A model generated the notes under the pieces. It searched no databases, had not been told where the DNA came from, and worked only from the letters and a program-made list of their open reading frames with translations. From Candidatus Kaiserbacteria bacterium (GTDB taxonomy: Bacteria > Patescibacteriota > Minisyncoccia > Phycocordibacterales > UBA2100): 64,000 nucleotides of DNA. The stretch lies in the NCBI GenBank assembly GCA_016217965.1, contig JACRFI010000020.1:11550-75549 (forward strand), in the 5' to 3' direction. Of this stretch, positions 8,534-20,930 are shown piece by piece. Position 1 is the first letter of the stretch; the number at the start of each line of letters is the position of its first letter. A program made the position numbers and the translations under genes.

Positions 8534-9010
8534 ATGACCGACGTGACAAGATCTGCACGAGAAGCTCTTGATAAAATCGAGTGGAAAGGCGACATCAAGA
8601 TAAATGAGATGATTTCGATCTCGTTGCACAAAAAGACAAAGAATATCGCGATACACATCACAGCCTCTGACAATCTCAACTCCCCTGAAAAATTGGATGA
8701 AATAAATAAAGGACTCAAAGAACTTGCTCTGAAGATAAACAACCCAAAAATTTATCCAGGCTTTGATAGTGTTACGTTTACCTCATGGATCGTGATGCTG
8801 CACGACCGGCTCGTGAAGTGGCTCGGCTTTTTCGTCGATTATGAGGGGAAGGATCCGCGATCCGTACCGATGATCTTGGATTACTACAAGCGTCGCGGAA
8901 GCAGAAATAACGAAAATTCGTATGTCCGCCCGGAACAGTGGGCGATAGAACCACTTTTTGCTTCGATGGCTCGTGATAAATTTGTCGAGAAATTAGCAAA
9001 AGATGTATAA
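8534..9010 (+). CDS. hypothetical protein
   Basis: 158-aa ORF tightly packed between lyase and eno; no motif recognised. Confidence 0.5.
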   Translation: MTDVTRSAREALDKIEWKGDIKINEMISISLHKKTKNIAIHITASDNLNSPEKLDEINKGLKELALKINNPKIYPGFDSVTFTSWIVMLHDRLVKWLGFFVDYEGKDPRSVPMILDYYKRRGSRNNENSYVRPEQWAIEPLFASMARDKFVEKLAKDV

Positions 9011-11829
<2,819 letters not shown>

Positions 11830-12653
11830 AAACCACTCGATCTCACCGTTCTTGCGCCAATAGGTCATCTGCCGCCGGGCATAGTGCCATATGTCGCGTT
11901 CCAAATCGCGCAGCATGTCGTCTTTAGATATATTGTTCTGTAAAAATCGCGAGAGGTACCGATATTCGAGTCCCAGTTGATCCATGCGTTTGTAAGAGAG
12001 TCCCTGCCCGCGCAATATTTTTGCCTCAGCCACCATCCCATGCCTCATTCTATCCAAGAGGCGAGCGTGAATTTTCTTTCGCAACGTTTTGTCATCCGGC
12101 TTCAGACCGATCCAAATCGAACTATATCGACCTCGTAGGTCGATAGAAGGCAAGGGAACTTTGCCAAGAGCCTTTGCAATTTCGATAGCGCGGACCAGAC
12201 GAACCGGATTTTTCCTGTCGATATTTTTTGCTCGCCGCGGATCCATCTTTTTCAGCATTGCGTACAACTGCGAAGCGGATTTCTTTTCTAGACGTGCGCG
12301 TAATTTTGAATTTGCAGGTACGTCGGGGAGCGATATGCGGCCGAGAAGTGCATCGATGTAAAATCCGGTTCCGCCACAGATGATGGGCGTTTTGCCGCGA
12401 CGCACAATATCTTCGAGTGCTTCTCGGCCGCGTGCAACGAAATCTGCGGCGGTAAATACTTTTTTGGGAGATGCCACGTCCAGGAGATGATGTCGAATGC
12501 CCTTCATCTCGCTTCTCGTTACTTTTCCCGTCCCGATATCGAGCCCTTTGTACACTTGCCGAGAATCTGCAGAGATGACTTCTCCGCCAATATTTCGCGC
12601 CAAATCAATCGAGAGTGCCGTCTTGCCGCTTGATGTCGGTCCGACGATGACGA

Positions 12654-13004
12654 CTATTTTTTGCTTTTGGTTGTGTACCAACGTGTCCATGGACCGGCAC
12701 TGTACAGCAAATTACCGACATACGGAATACGAAAAGGAAGACTGAAAAGAAATCCGAGAAATCCATTGTGCGCGAATATCTCACGCGCCATCTCGGCTTT
12801 CTCCGCTGTCGTCCCGTCAGTGCGGACAACGTATGCGGATTTGTTCATATCGAATTTGTGTTCTTCGATTAATGCCTGGCCACGCTCAGTGTTCATCCCG
12901 ACGAATTCCATAGCATCTTTCTTGTCGAGTGAATCGGTTACGTTCTTAGCAACGGTGCATAGTGGGCATCCGTCGTCGAACACTACTGTTAGTTTATTTT
13001 CCAT
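12654..13004 (-). CDS. thiol-disulfide oxidoreductase DCC family (DUF393)
   Basis: VVFDDGCPLCT motif; start set at MENKL (13004). Confidence 0.65.
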   Translation of the reverse strand: MENKLTVVFDDGCPLCTVAKNVTDSLDKKDAMEFVGMNTERGQALIEEHKFDMNKSAYVVRTDGTTAEKAEMAREIFAHNGFLGFLFSLPFRIPYVGNLLYSAGPWTRWYTTKSKK

Positions 13005-13180
13005 GGTGCCGGAAGAGAGACTTGAACTCTCAAGGGGTTGCCCCCGAACGATTTTGAGTCGTTTGCGTATACCATTCCGCCATTCCGGCATCGTCCTTCA
13101 TAGCTTTAGCGAAGAAGGGCAATAACTGTGAGTGTACTTGATTTTTAACTCGAGACAAATCTGGTGATATAATTGCGCGA

Positions 13181-14152
13181 ATGGACCCGGAAGCGAAACC
13201 ATATGATTCCATCTATTGGGTAGAGGTGGATCGCATCAAACCGAACCCCTTCCAGCCGCGAAAGGTGTTCGAGGAAGCGGCGCTTCAGTCACTCTCCGAA
13301 TCCATCCGGCAATACGGAGTACTGCAGCCACTGGTAGTCACCAGAAAGGAGATAGAACGCCCGGGTGAAGGCATACAAGTCGAATACGAACTCATTTCTG
13401 GAGAGCGAAGGTTGCGCGCATCAAAATTGGCGGGCGTGTATCAGGTGCCGGTTGTTATTCGGCATTCCGAAGACAGCGATAGAATGAAGCTAGAGCTCGC
13501 CATCATCGAGAATTTGCAACGCGAGGACCTGAATGCGATAGACAGAGCGATAGCGTTCAAGCGCCTGTACGACGAATTTGGCTTGAAGCATGCGGACATC
13601 GGGAAGCGCGTCGGGAAAAGCCGCGAATATGTCTCGAATACGATGCGCATACTTATGCTCCCCAAAGAAATGCAAGACGCATTGCAGAAAGGCGATATTA
13701 ACGAAGGGCACACAAGGCCGCTTCTCATGCTCATCGACAAACCGGAAGAGCAGAGGGTTCTTTTCAAAGAGATAGTAGAGAGGCGGCTTACCGTTCGCGA
13801 TACCGAGCAGTTGGCGCGGAGGATCGCTGTCGAGAAGGTGCGGAAGACTGACCAGGTATCTCCTGACCTCATTCACCTGGAACGGCAACTGACGGAGCGC
13901 TTAGGAACCCGCGTCAGGATAGAAAAGAAAGACAAGGGAGGGAAGGTGATGATCGAATTTTTCTCACCGGAAGATCTTGCACATTTGTGCATGGTTTTAG
14001 CGTCGCAAGAGCAGCGTGCGAAAACTGAGGAAAGAAGTGCGGAAATAGGTGCCGAGGCTGCTTTGGAACAGGCAGCACCGTCTCCAACACCTCAACCTGT
14101 GCAAGAGGAAACAGGCGGTGATCTCTATTCGGTGAAAAATTTTACGGTTTAA
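13181..14152 (+). CDS. parB: ParB/Spo0J partition protein
   Basis: GVLQPLVV...YELISGERRLRASKLAG ParB box; no adjacent parA. Confidence 0.85.
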   Translation: MDPEAKPYDSIYWVEVDRIKPNPFQPRKVFEEAALQSLSESIRQYGVLQPLVVTRKEIERPGEGIQVEYELISGERRLRASKLAGVYQVPVVIRHSEDSDRMKLELAIIENLQREDLNAIDRAIAFKRLYDEFGLKHADIGKRVGKSREYVSNTMRILMLPKEMQDALQKGDINEGHTRPLLMLIDKPEEQRVLFKEIVERRLTVRDTEQLARRIAVEKVRKTDQVSPDLIHLERQLTERLGTRVRIEKKDKGGKVMIEFFSPEDLAHLCMVLASQEQRAKTEERSAEIGAEAALEQAAPSPTPQPVQEETGGDLYSVKNFTV

Positions 14153-14288
14153 CTCTGCTTCTGCCCGCACACTAATTTTGGCAATATTGCATCGTTTTTT
14201 CGGAGTTTGTGCAGTTACTCTGGCAGCTTCGTGCAAACACATTTTTTGTTGACTAACGAGTGACGGGCAATGAAAAACTTTGCCAAAT

Positions 14289-15839
14289 TTAGTGTCCGGG
14301 CTTCTGCGCTGCGAGCGCCGCGCGGATCATTTTCTTTGCCATTGTCGTTTTTGCATTGTCGAGCCACTTTCGCGATGGCTTTGCGGACGGTTTCGTAATT
14401 ATTTCTACCATGTCGCCATTTCGGAGAGTCGAGTCGAGCGATACCATTTTTCCGTTCACGCGCGCGCCGGCCATCTTGTTTGCCACTTCAGAATGGATGG
14501 CGTATGCAAAATCGATGGGCGTCGCTGCAATGGGGAGGTCAATAACATCTCCTTTTGGTGTGAATACGAAAATACGGTGGCTAAAGAAGTCCTTCTTAAG
14601 CGATTCGAGATAATCACCGGATTGCGGATCTTGGTCATGCGCGAGGGCAAGGTCTTTGACCCAGTCCGGAACGGTGCGCCCTGTTTGCTCTTGCAGCGCC
14701 GCCGCGGCCATCTTTCTCCTGCTGCGCCCAGGGATGAATTGGCGTATCCACTCGAGACTTCCGCCTCTCGTGCCTTCAGCATAGCCGAGGGCCTCTTTGT
14801 ACGATAGGTGCGAGGCAATGCCGAATTGGGCTTCCCGGTGCATGCTCTCGGTGCGTATTTGAATTTCGAGGGCTCCGCCGTCTCCTGTGTAGACGGTCGT
14901 GTGGATGCTTTGATAGCCATTTGGTTTTGGAAACGCAATATAGTCCTTTATTTTTCCAGGGACCGGGCGCCACTGTTGGTGCACGATTCCTAAGACTGAA
15001 TAGCAATCGGAAACGCTGGGTACGATGAGCCGGAGGGCGAGAATATCGAATATTTTTCCAATGTCCCATTCTTTGCGCTCCAGTTTTCGAAAGAGGCTAT
15101 ACATGCCCTTCATTCGCGCTTCGGTGCGGAACTCACGAATGCCCGCCTCAGCAAGTGCGCGCTTCAGGTCCTTCTCGGCCTTCTCAAGCCGTTTCTCGGT
15201 CTCGTTCTTGCGCTCTTTGAGTAGCTCGCGCGTTTTTTCGTACTCTTCGGGGAATGCATGAGGGAACGCGGCATCCTCAAGAGCCATCTTTGCGACACTC
15301 ATTCCGAATCGGTCGGCAATCGGCGCGTAAATTTCAAGTGTCTCGAGCGCAATGCGTTTGCGCTTTGCGACGGGCACGTGCTCCAGGGTCGTCGCGTTAT
15401 GGAGACGGTCCATCAATTTGATGATGAGGACACGGATATCTTCCGCCGTGGCCGCGAAAAGACGGCGCAGCGATTCTGTGTGCCGTTCGAGTCCCCGGTA
15501 GCGGAGTGCGCCGAGTTTCGTCACGCCTCGTACGAGAAAGAGAACTTCAGTGCCAAATTCTTTTTCGATTATCGCAGCGGCTACCCCTGCGTCTTCCATT
15601 GAATCGTGAATAAGCCCGGCAGCAATTGTCTTGGGGTCCATTCCGATTTCAGCAAGAGAGAATCCGACTTCTGCGGGGTGCATGAAGTATGGCTCGCCGG
15701 AATAGCGCGTCTGGTCTTTGTGGGCCTCTTTTGCAAATTCGTATGCTTTCGTAACAAGCGCTATGTCAGCCGCTTCCTTCGACGTCATCGCGCTCGTGAT
15801 TTCGGAGAGTGGGCGAATTGAGGCCATAGAGATAGCCAC
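14289..15839 (-). CDS. rel: (p)ppGpp synthetase/hydrolase, RelA/SpoT family
   Basis: HD domain (HDSMEDAG), RelA_SpoT synthetase region, TGS-like C-terminus; GTG start at 15839 or ATG 15827. Confidence 0.9.
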   Translation of the reverse strand: MAISMASIRPLSEITSAMTSKEAADIALVTKAYEFAKEAHKDQTRYSGEPYFMHPAEVGFSLAEIGMDPKTIAAGLIHDSMEDAGVAAAIIEKEFGTEVLFLVRGVTKLGALRYRGLERHTESLRRLFAATAEDIRVLIIKLMDRLHNATTLEHVPVAKRKRIALETLEIYAPIADRFGMSVAKMALEDAAFPHAFPEEYEKTRELLKERKNETEKRLEKAEKDLKRALAEAGIREFRTEARMKGMYSLFRKLERKEWDIGKIFDILALRLIVPSVSDCYSVLGIVHQQWRPVPGKIKDYIAFPKPNGYQSIHTTVYTGDGGALEIQIRTESMHREAQFGIASHLSYKEALGYAEGTRGGSLEWIRQFIPGRSRRKMAAAALQEQTGRTVPDWVKDLALAHDQDPQSGDYLESLKKDFFSHRIFVFTPKGDVIDLPIAATPIDFAYAIHSEVANKMAGARVNGKMVSLDSTLRNGDMVEIITKPSAKPSRKWLDNAKTTMAKKMIRAALAAQKPGH

Positions 15840-15896
15840 TAGGGTTTAGGGTATAGCCACTAGGGTAAAGTCATGATACGCGTGATTCACAATTAG

Positions 15897-15925
15897 AAAA
15901 GGGCGTCCTCCGGGCGCCCTTTGGG
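15897..15925. terminator. GC-rich hairpin AAAGGGCGTCC/GGGCGCCCTTT with flanking T-runs on both strands
   Basis: seen in sequence between topA-side small ORF and rel. Confidence 0.5.
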
Positions 15926-15954
15926 TTGGGGGTTTCAGCTCATGTCCACGGCCG

Positions 15955-16005
15955 CTACTTGTTGATGACGACGAACGTCATCGCGATGGTCGCGACACTA
16001 CACAT
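15955..16005 (-). CDS. 16-aa hydrophobic peptide ORF with strong Shine-Dalgarno
   Basis: AAAGGAGGTGATGCCCC-ATG then MCSVATIAMTFVVINK; followed by the terminator above; upstream of rel. Confidence 0.3.
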   Translation of the reverse strand: MCSVATIAMTFVVINK

Positions 16006-16096
16006 GGGGCATCACCTCCTTTCCCACGCGTGAGAATGCCAGAGAGAGAGAGAGTTTTATCAAGTCCTTTTTACAAATCTTGCGAGCGCAGGTATT

Positions 16097-16194
16097 GCTG
16101 CTGAGCCGTGTCTCGCAGCGCGACGGCGCGAGAGGCAGCGCTGGCGCAGCAGCGCCAGACAGCGACGGCGAAGCAGCAGATACCAAACGAGCTA
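16097..16194. repeat. GC-rich palindromic intergenic repeat, copy A
   Basis: about 80% identical over about 95 nt to 43796..43897 (shared cgcgacggcgc-gaga...agcgctg-cgc-agcag-cgc...agcgacggc...caaacgagc). Confidence 0.7.
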
Positions 16195-18435
16195 CTTCTT
16201 ATGCGGATTATGATTTGGACAAGCCTTGTTTGAACACCTTTCGGGGATCGTTTTTGTGCCTTCCATCATTAGCGCTCCGCACTCGGGGCACATTTTTCCG
16301 GTCGGCTTTGCTTTTATCGCGTGCTTGCAATCAGGATAGTTTGAGCACGAATAGAAAAGCCCGAATCTGCCGCGGCGTTCCACCATCTCGCCGCCTTTCC
16401 TCCCGTCTATTTTGCACACCGGGCAGGCGACGCCGGTTTTGGCGCGAGCCTCTTCCGTCGGATCTTTTTTGACGAACTTGCACTTCGGGTAGTTGCTGCA
16501 CGCAATGAATCTGCCAAAACGCCCTTCGCGCTCGATAAGCCTTCCTGGTTCTTTTATTTTTGGCTGCGGAGCGTCTGGATTACCGCACTGAGGGCACGCT
16601 TCGCCTATTTCTTTTGGAGGGGCGATCTCGCTGCCATCTTCTTTCCTTGCCCCGAGGCAGTCAGGAAATTTTGCGCAGCTCATGAACCGCCCGTTTTTTG
16701 AGAGTTTGTAGACCATCGGTCCTGCGCAGATAGGGCAGGGGAACTCAGCTGGTGCATCACCCATATTCGTCAATTTTTCTATCTTGTCTTTCGACTTTAC
16801 TGCTTTCTTGAACGGCGTGTAGAAATCTTTTAGCGTTTTTTCGTACTCGCGCGTACCCTCGGCAATTTCGTCTAGTTCGTTCTCCATCTCTGCCGTGAAT
16901 GTGTCGCTGATGTAGTCGGTGAAATGATCTTCGATGAATGAGCTTACCACGTCTCCGGTGTGTGTCGGGATGAGCGTGCGGCCTTGCTTTTCCACGTAGC
17001 CGCGGGCTTCGAGTGTGGAAATGATCGAAGCGTAGGTCGAGGGACGCCCGATGCCACGCTTTTCGAGTTCTTTCACAAGTCCGGCTTCGCTATAGCGAGG
17101 CGGAGGCTGCGTCTCCTTTTCTTCCGTATTCGCTTTGATCAGCTTAAGTGGATCGTCCTTGGCGACTTTCGGAAGCTCCACGTCTTCACCACGAGCATCT
17201 GGGTCAGCCTTCAGCCATCCTTCGAAAAGAACGCGAGAACCATTTGCAGCAAAATCGGGAACGGTATTTCCCTCGACGTTTGCAAGAATTTTCGTACGGA
17301 GCACTTTCGCATCGGTCATCTGGCTCGCGAGTGTACGAGCTCGAATGAGTTCGTAGAGTTTCTTCTGGTCATCGGTTGTTCCCGCGGACACTTTATGAGC
17401 ACTTGTTGGGCGGACAGCCTCGTGCGCCTCTTGCGCCGATTTGCTTTTTGATTTGTACACGCGCACTTCGACGAAATCTTTTCCGAACTCACTCTCGACA
17501 ACGTGAGCGATCTGGGACACAGCCTCTTTCGCAAGATTGGGAGAGTCTGTGCGCATGTAGGTGATGAATCCCGCCTCGTATAGTTTTTGTGCGGTCCGCA
17601 TCGTGCGCGAAGGGGAAAATCCCAGCCGAGTAGAGGCAACCTGTTGCAACGTCGAGGTTGTGAAGGGCGGGCGAGGCGCTCTTTTCTGTTCTGTTTCTTC
17701 AACATCTACTACGTGCCACTTTTTGCTCTCTGCTTCAGTAAAAATACGCTTAGCCTCTTTCTCATCCCGCGGCTCTTCAGCGCAGATAACCGTAAACCTT
17801 TCTTTTTTTCCTGCCCCGTTAGAGGATGACGCCTCTCTAATGGGGTCAGTTTCCACGTCGGCGCTCAATACCCAAAATTTCTCGGGAACGAATGCCCGTA
17901 TCTCGCGTTCGCGTTCCATTACTATGCGCAGAGCGGGAGATTGGACACGTCCTGCCGATAGCCCATAGCGGACTTTCTTCCACACCAGCCCGGAAAGGTC
18001 GTATCCGAACAACCTGTCTAAGACGCGCCGGGCCTCCTGCGCTTTTCGGAGGTTCTGATCGATGGCGCGAGGATGCGCGAGCGCTTCTTGCACCGCGTTC
18101 TCAGTTATCTCGTGGAATACGATGCGCTTCGGCTTTTTTAATCCGATAGTTTCAGCCAAATGCCACGCAATGGCCTCGCCTTCGCGATCTGGGTCTGTCG
18201 CAAGAATTACTTCGTCCGCTCTTTCTGCCGCTTCGTGCAAACCATCTATTACATGTTGTTTTGCGGCGACGATTGCGTAGCGCGGAACAAAACCGCCCTC
18301 TACGTCAACGGCGTCTTTATTGCTCTTTGGCAGATCGCGAATATGACCCACCGACGCTTTTACGGTGTAGCCTTTGCCAAGATATTTTTCTATGGTCTTG
18401 GCTTTAGCCGGAGACTCTACTATTACGAGCTTCAT
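16192..18435 (-). CDS. topA: DNA topoisomerase I
   Basis: MKLVIVESPAKAKTIEKYLG...GHIRDLP Toprim N-terminus; C-terminal Cys zinc ribbons. Confidence 0.95.
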   Translation of the reverse strand: MKLVIVESPAKAKTIEKYLGKGYTVKASVGHIRDLPKSNKDAVDVEGGFVPRYAIVAAKQHVIDGLHEAAERADEVILATDPDREGEAIAWHLAETIGLKKPKRIVFHEITENAVQEALAHPRAIDQNLRKAQEARRVLDRLFGYDLSGLVWKKVRYGLSAGRVQSPALRIVMEREREIRAFVPEKFWVLSADVETDPIREASSSNGAGKKERFTVICAEEPRDEKEAKRIFTEAESKKWHVVDVEETEQKRAPRPPFTTSTLQQVASTRLGFSPSRTMRTAQKLYEAGFITYMRTDSPNLAKEAVSQIAHVVESEFGKDFVEVRVYKSKSKSAQEAHEAVRPTSAHKVSAGTTDDQKKLYELIRARTLASQMTDAKVLRTKILANVEGNTVPDFAANGSRVLFEGWLKADPDARGEDVELPKVAKDDPLKLIKANTEEKETQPPPRYSEAGLVKELEKRGIGRPSTYASIISTLEARGYVEKQGRTLIPTHTGDVVSSFIEDHFTDYISDTFTAEMENELDEIAEGTREYEKTLKDFYTPFKKAVKSKDKIEKLTNMGDAPAEFPCPICAGPMVYKLSKNGRFMSCAKFPDCLGARKEDGSEIAPPKEIGEACPQCGNPDAPQPKIKEPGRLIEREGRFGRFIACSNYPKCKFVKKDPTEEARAKTGVACPVCKIDGRKGGEMVERRGRFGLFYSCSNYPDCKHAIKAKPTGKMCPECGALMMEGTKTIPERCSNKACPNHNPHKK

Positions 18436-18436
18436 A

Positions 18437-18567
18437 CCCGGTAGTGAATTTTGGCGATGCGCGTGGCGCGGACATTACGCATATCCTGAATATTGTTGAA
18501 TTGTTTGATGATCATAGTTTTGTCACATGCGGGTAGAAAAAGTCTTTCGCCAAAATCTACTACCGGG
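18437..18567. repeat. 21-bp inverted repeats flanking about 90-bp AT-rich spacer, in topA 5' leader
   Basis: CCCGGTAGTGAATTTTGGCGA ... TCGCCAAAATCTACTACCGGG (1 mismatch). Confidence 0.6.
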
Positions 18568-18624
18568 CATATGAACGGAGATTAATACCTCACGAGCATA
18601 GCATGCGTCAAGCGGCACACTATA

Positions 18625-19485
18625 CTAACGTGCCCGGATCACCCCCAATTCTTCCGTAATCAATCCCTTTATCTCCATCGTCGAAAGCAAAATATTTGCT
18701 TCGGAAATAGGCATTGCAAGCTGTAACAACAGCTCGTCTCGCGAACAGGGGGAAGAAATAATCTCGAGCACTTTGCGCTCTGGGATCGATATATCGGCAT
18801 ACTTTGATGCATCCGATTTCTCTTCTACGGCAATGCCAAGTGCTTTCAATATATCTTCCGGTTCTGTTACGGGCGTCGCGCCGAGTTTGAGAAATTGGTG
18901 CGTGCCCCTACTTTGCGCACTGAAGATGGAGCCAGGGACGACCAGGAGTTCTCTATTGTATTCGGTTGTGAGCCTTGCGGTAATGAGCGAGCCTGAACGT
19001 TCCTTTGCTTCGATCACGAGGACCGCATGAGAGAGGCCTACCATAATGCGGTTGCGCATGGGAAATGAGTAGTCCGTCGCTTTAAAGCTTGGTTCATATT
19101 CCGATAGGTGTGCGCCTCCTTTTTTTATAATCTCTTTTGCCAACACAACATTCGCCTTCGGATAGATAACGCTCCAATCCAATCCAGAACCGGGAACTGC
19201 GACCGTCGGAAGCCCTGCGTTGAGGGCTGCCTTGTGGGAAAGCGCGTCGATTCCATACGCCAGGCCGCTAACGATGACTACGGGGTACCCGCGAAGCCCT
19301 TCAACGAGATACTCCACCGCTTGTTTGCCGTAACTCGTGGCTGCGCGCGAGCCTACGACGGCAAGCCATTTCCATTCATGTGATGGAAGTGAGCCGCGCA
19401 CATACAATTGTTTCGGCGGATCAGGAATTTCTCGCAGTCTCGCCGGGAATTCCTTTGGGGAAAGTTGTTTGAGGGCGTCCTTCAT
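18625..19485 (-). CDS. dprA: DNA processing protein DprA/Smf
   Basis: VVGSRAATSYGKQAVEYLVEGL...IVSGLAYGIDALSHKAAL. Confidence 0.85.
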   Translation of the reverse strand: MKDALKQLSPKEFPARLREIPDPPKQLYVRGSLPSHEWKWLAVVGSRAATSYGKQAVEYLVEGLRGYPVVIVSGLAYGIDALSHKAALNAGLPTVAVPGSGLDWSVIYPKANVVLAKEIIKKGGAHLSEYEPSFKATDYSFPMRNRIMVGLSHAVLVIEAKERSGSLITARLTTEYNRELLVVPGSIFSAQSRGTHQFLKLGATPVTEPEDILKALGIAVEEKSDASKYADISIPERKVLEIISSPCSRDELLLQLAMPISEANILLSTMEIKGLITEELGVIRAR

Positions 19486-19513
19486 GATGGTATCATCGTA
19501 GCATCCCTATCGT

Positions 19514-20821
19514 ATGCTCGACATAAAATTCATCCGCGAAAATAAAGACATTGTCGCCGCAGGCGCCAAGAAAAAACACATTGACATCGATATCGACCGC
19601 CTTATTGAACTCGATGATAAGCGGCGTGAGCTCCAGCAGTCGCTGGATGCGAAACGAGCAGAACAGAACAACGCCTCGGATGCCATCTCGAAAGCGACGG
19701 GCGATGAGCGCCAAAAGCTTATCGCGCGCATGAGTGAAGTCAAAGAAACCATTCGGCTGGAGGAGGAGTCGCTGCAGGAGATATTGAAAGAATGGCGGAA
19801 CCTCATGGTCCGCGTGCCAAATGTGCCAGATATTTCCGTACCGGATGGAGAAAGCGACGCGGATAACAAAGAGGTTAAAAAATGGCCCGCCTCGACTCGC
19901 GATGGCGAGCCGACGCGAGGCGGGGGAGAGATCCCTTCGTTCGATTTCGAACCGAAGAGCCATGTCGAACTTCTTCTGCAGCATGATATGGCGGATTACG
20001 AGCGCGGTACGAAAGTTGCAGGGTTCCGTGGGTATTTCCTGAAAAATGACGGTGCGCGGCTCGTGTGGGCATTGGAGAGATTCGTTATCGAACGATTTCA
20101 AAATAGGGAAGGTTTCGAGCCAATGATAGTGCCATCCTTGGTTCGGAAAGAGCCATTCGTAGGCACTGGGTATTTGCCGCAAAGCGAGGATGACCTCTAC
20201 AAGACTCAAGATGGTGACTATCTTGCCGGCACCGCAGAGGTTTCGGCGATGGGATATTACATGGATGAGATAGTAGAGAAGAAAGACTTGCCGATAAAGT
20301 TCTTTGCGTTTTCCCCTTGTTATCGCCGGGAAGCCGGCAGCCATGGCAAGGACACGAAAGGCATTTTTCGCATCCACGAATTTGTGAAGTATGAGCAAGT
20401 TGTACTTTGCGAAGCGAATCACGAAGAGTCCGTGCGGCATCATGAGGACTTGACCGCGAATTCGGAGGCGCTTCTCCAGGAATTGAAACTTCCGTATCAC
20501 GTTGTTTTGAATTGCGGCGGGGATATCGGGCTCGGACAAGTGAAGAAATATGATATCGAAGCTTGGATGCCGAGCGAGAAAAAATATCGCGAAACACACT
20601 CTTCCTCGTATTTCCACGATTTTCAAACACGCAGATTGAATATCCGCTATCGCGCTGAAGACGGCACGCTTAAATTCGTCCACTCGCTTAACAACACGGC
20701 GATGGCGATGCCGCGTATCCTTTGCCAGATAGTTGAGAATAATCAGCGCGCGGACGGTTCGATATCAATTCCGGAGGTGCTCCGGGGCTATATGGGGAAG
20801 GATGTTATATCCAAGAACTAA
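19514..20821 (+). CDS. serS: seryl-tRNA synthetase
   Basis: MLDIKFIRENKD N-terminus, class II aaRS motifs. Confidence 0.9.
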   Translation: MLDIKFIRENKDIVAAGAKKKHIDIDIDRLIELDDKRRELQQSLDAKRAEQNNASDAISKATGDERQKLIARMSEVKETIRLEEESLQEILKEWRNLMVRVPNVPDISVPDGESDADNKEVKKWPASTRDGEPTRGGGEIPSFDFEPKSHVELLLQHDMADYERGTKVAGFRGYFLKNDGARLVWALERFVIERFQNREGFEPMIVPSLVRKEPFVGTGYLPQSEDDLYKTQDGDYLAGTAEVSAMGYYMDEIVEKKDLPIKFFAFSPCYRREAGSHGKDTKGIFRIHEFVKYEQVVLCEANHEESVRHHEDLTANSEALLQELKLPYHVVLNCGGDIGLGQVKKYDIEAWMPSEKKYRETHSSSYFHDFQTRRLNIRYRAEDGTLKFVHSLNNTAMAMPRILCQIVENNQRADGSISIPEVLRGYMGKDVISKN

Positions 20822-20930
20822 TTTTGGCATTTTTTTTCTGAGAGCCTCAGTTGTGATGCGACAATTGGCCACACTCTACGTATCTGTTGTCAGGCGAACA
20901 TGCTAACTGTAGAAGCCATGCCAAAATTCA

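Noticed and set aside
15998-16472. ORFs 15998..16186(-) and 16080..16472(+)
   Set aside because: They translate through the GC-rich repeat, the (GA)7 tract and into topA antisense; Ala/Ser/Arg-rich low complexity typical of GC-rich non-coding sequence.
16960-18444. Multiple plus-strand ORFs (e.g. 16960..17451, 17561..17968, 18160..18444) inside topA
   Set aside because: All antisense to the well-supported topA gene and low complexity; typical shadow ORFs.
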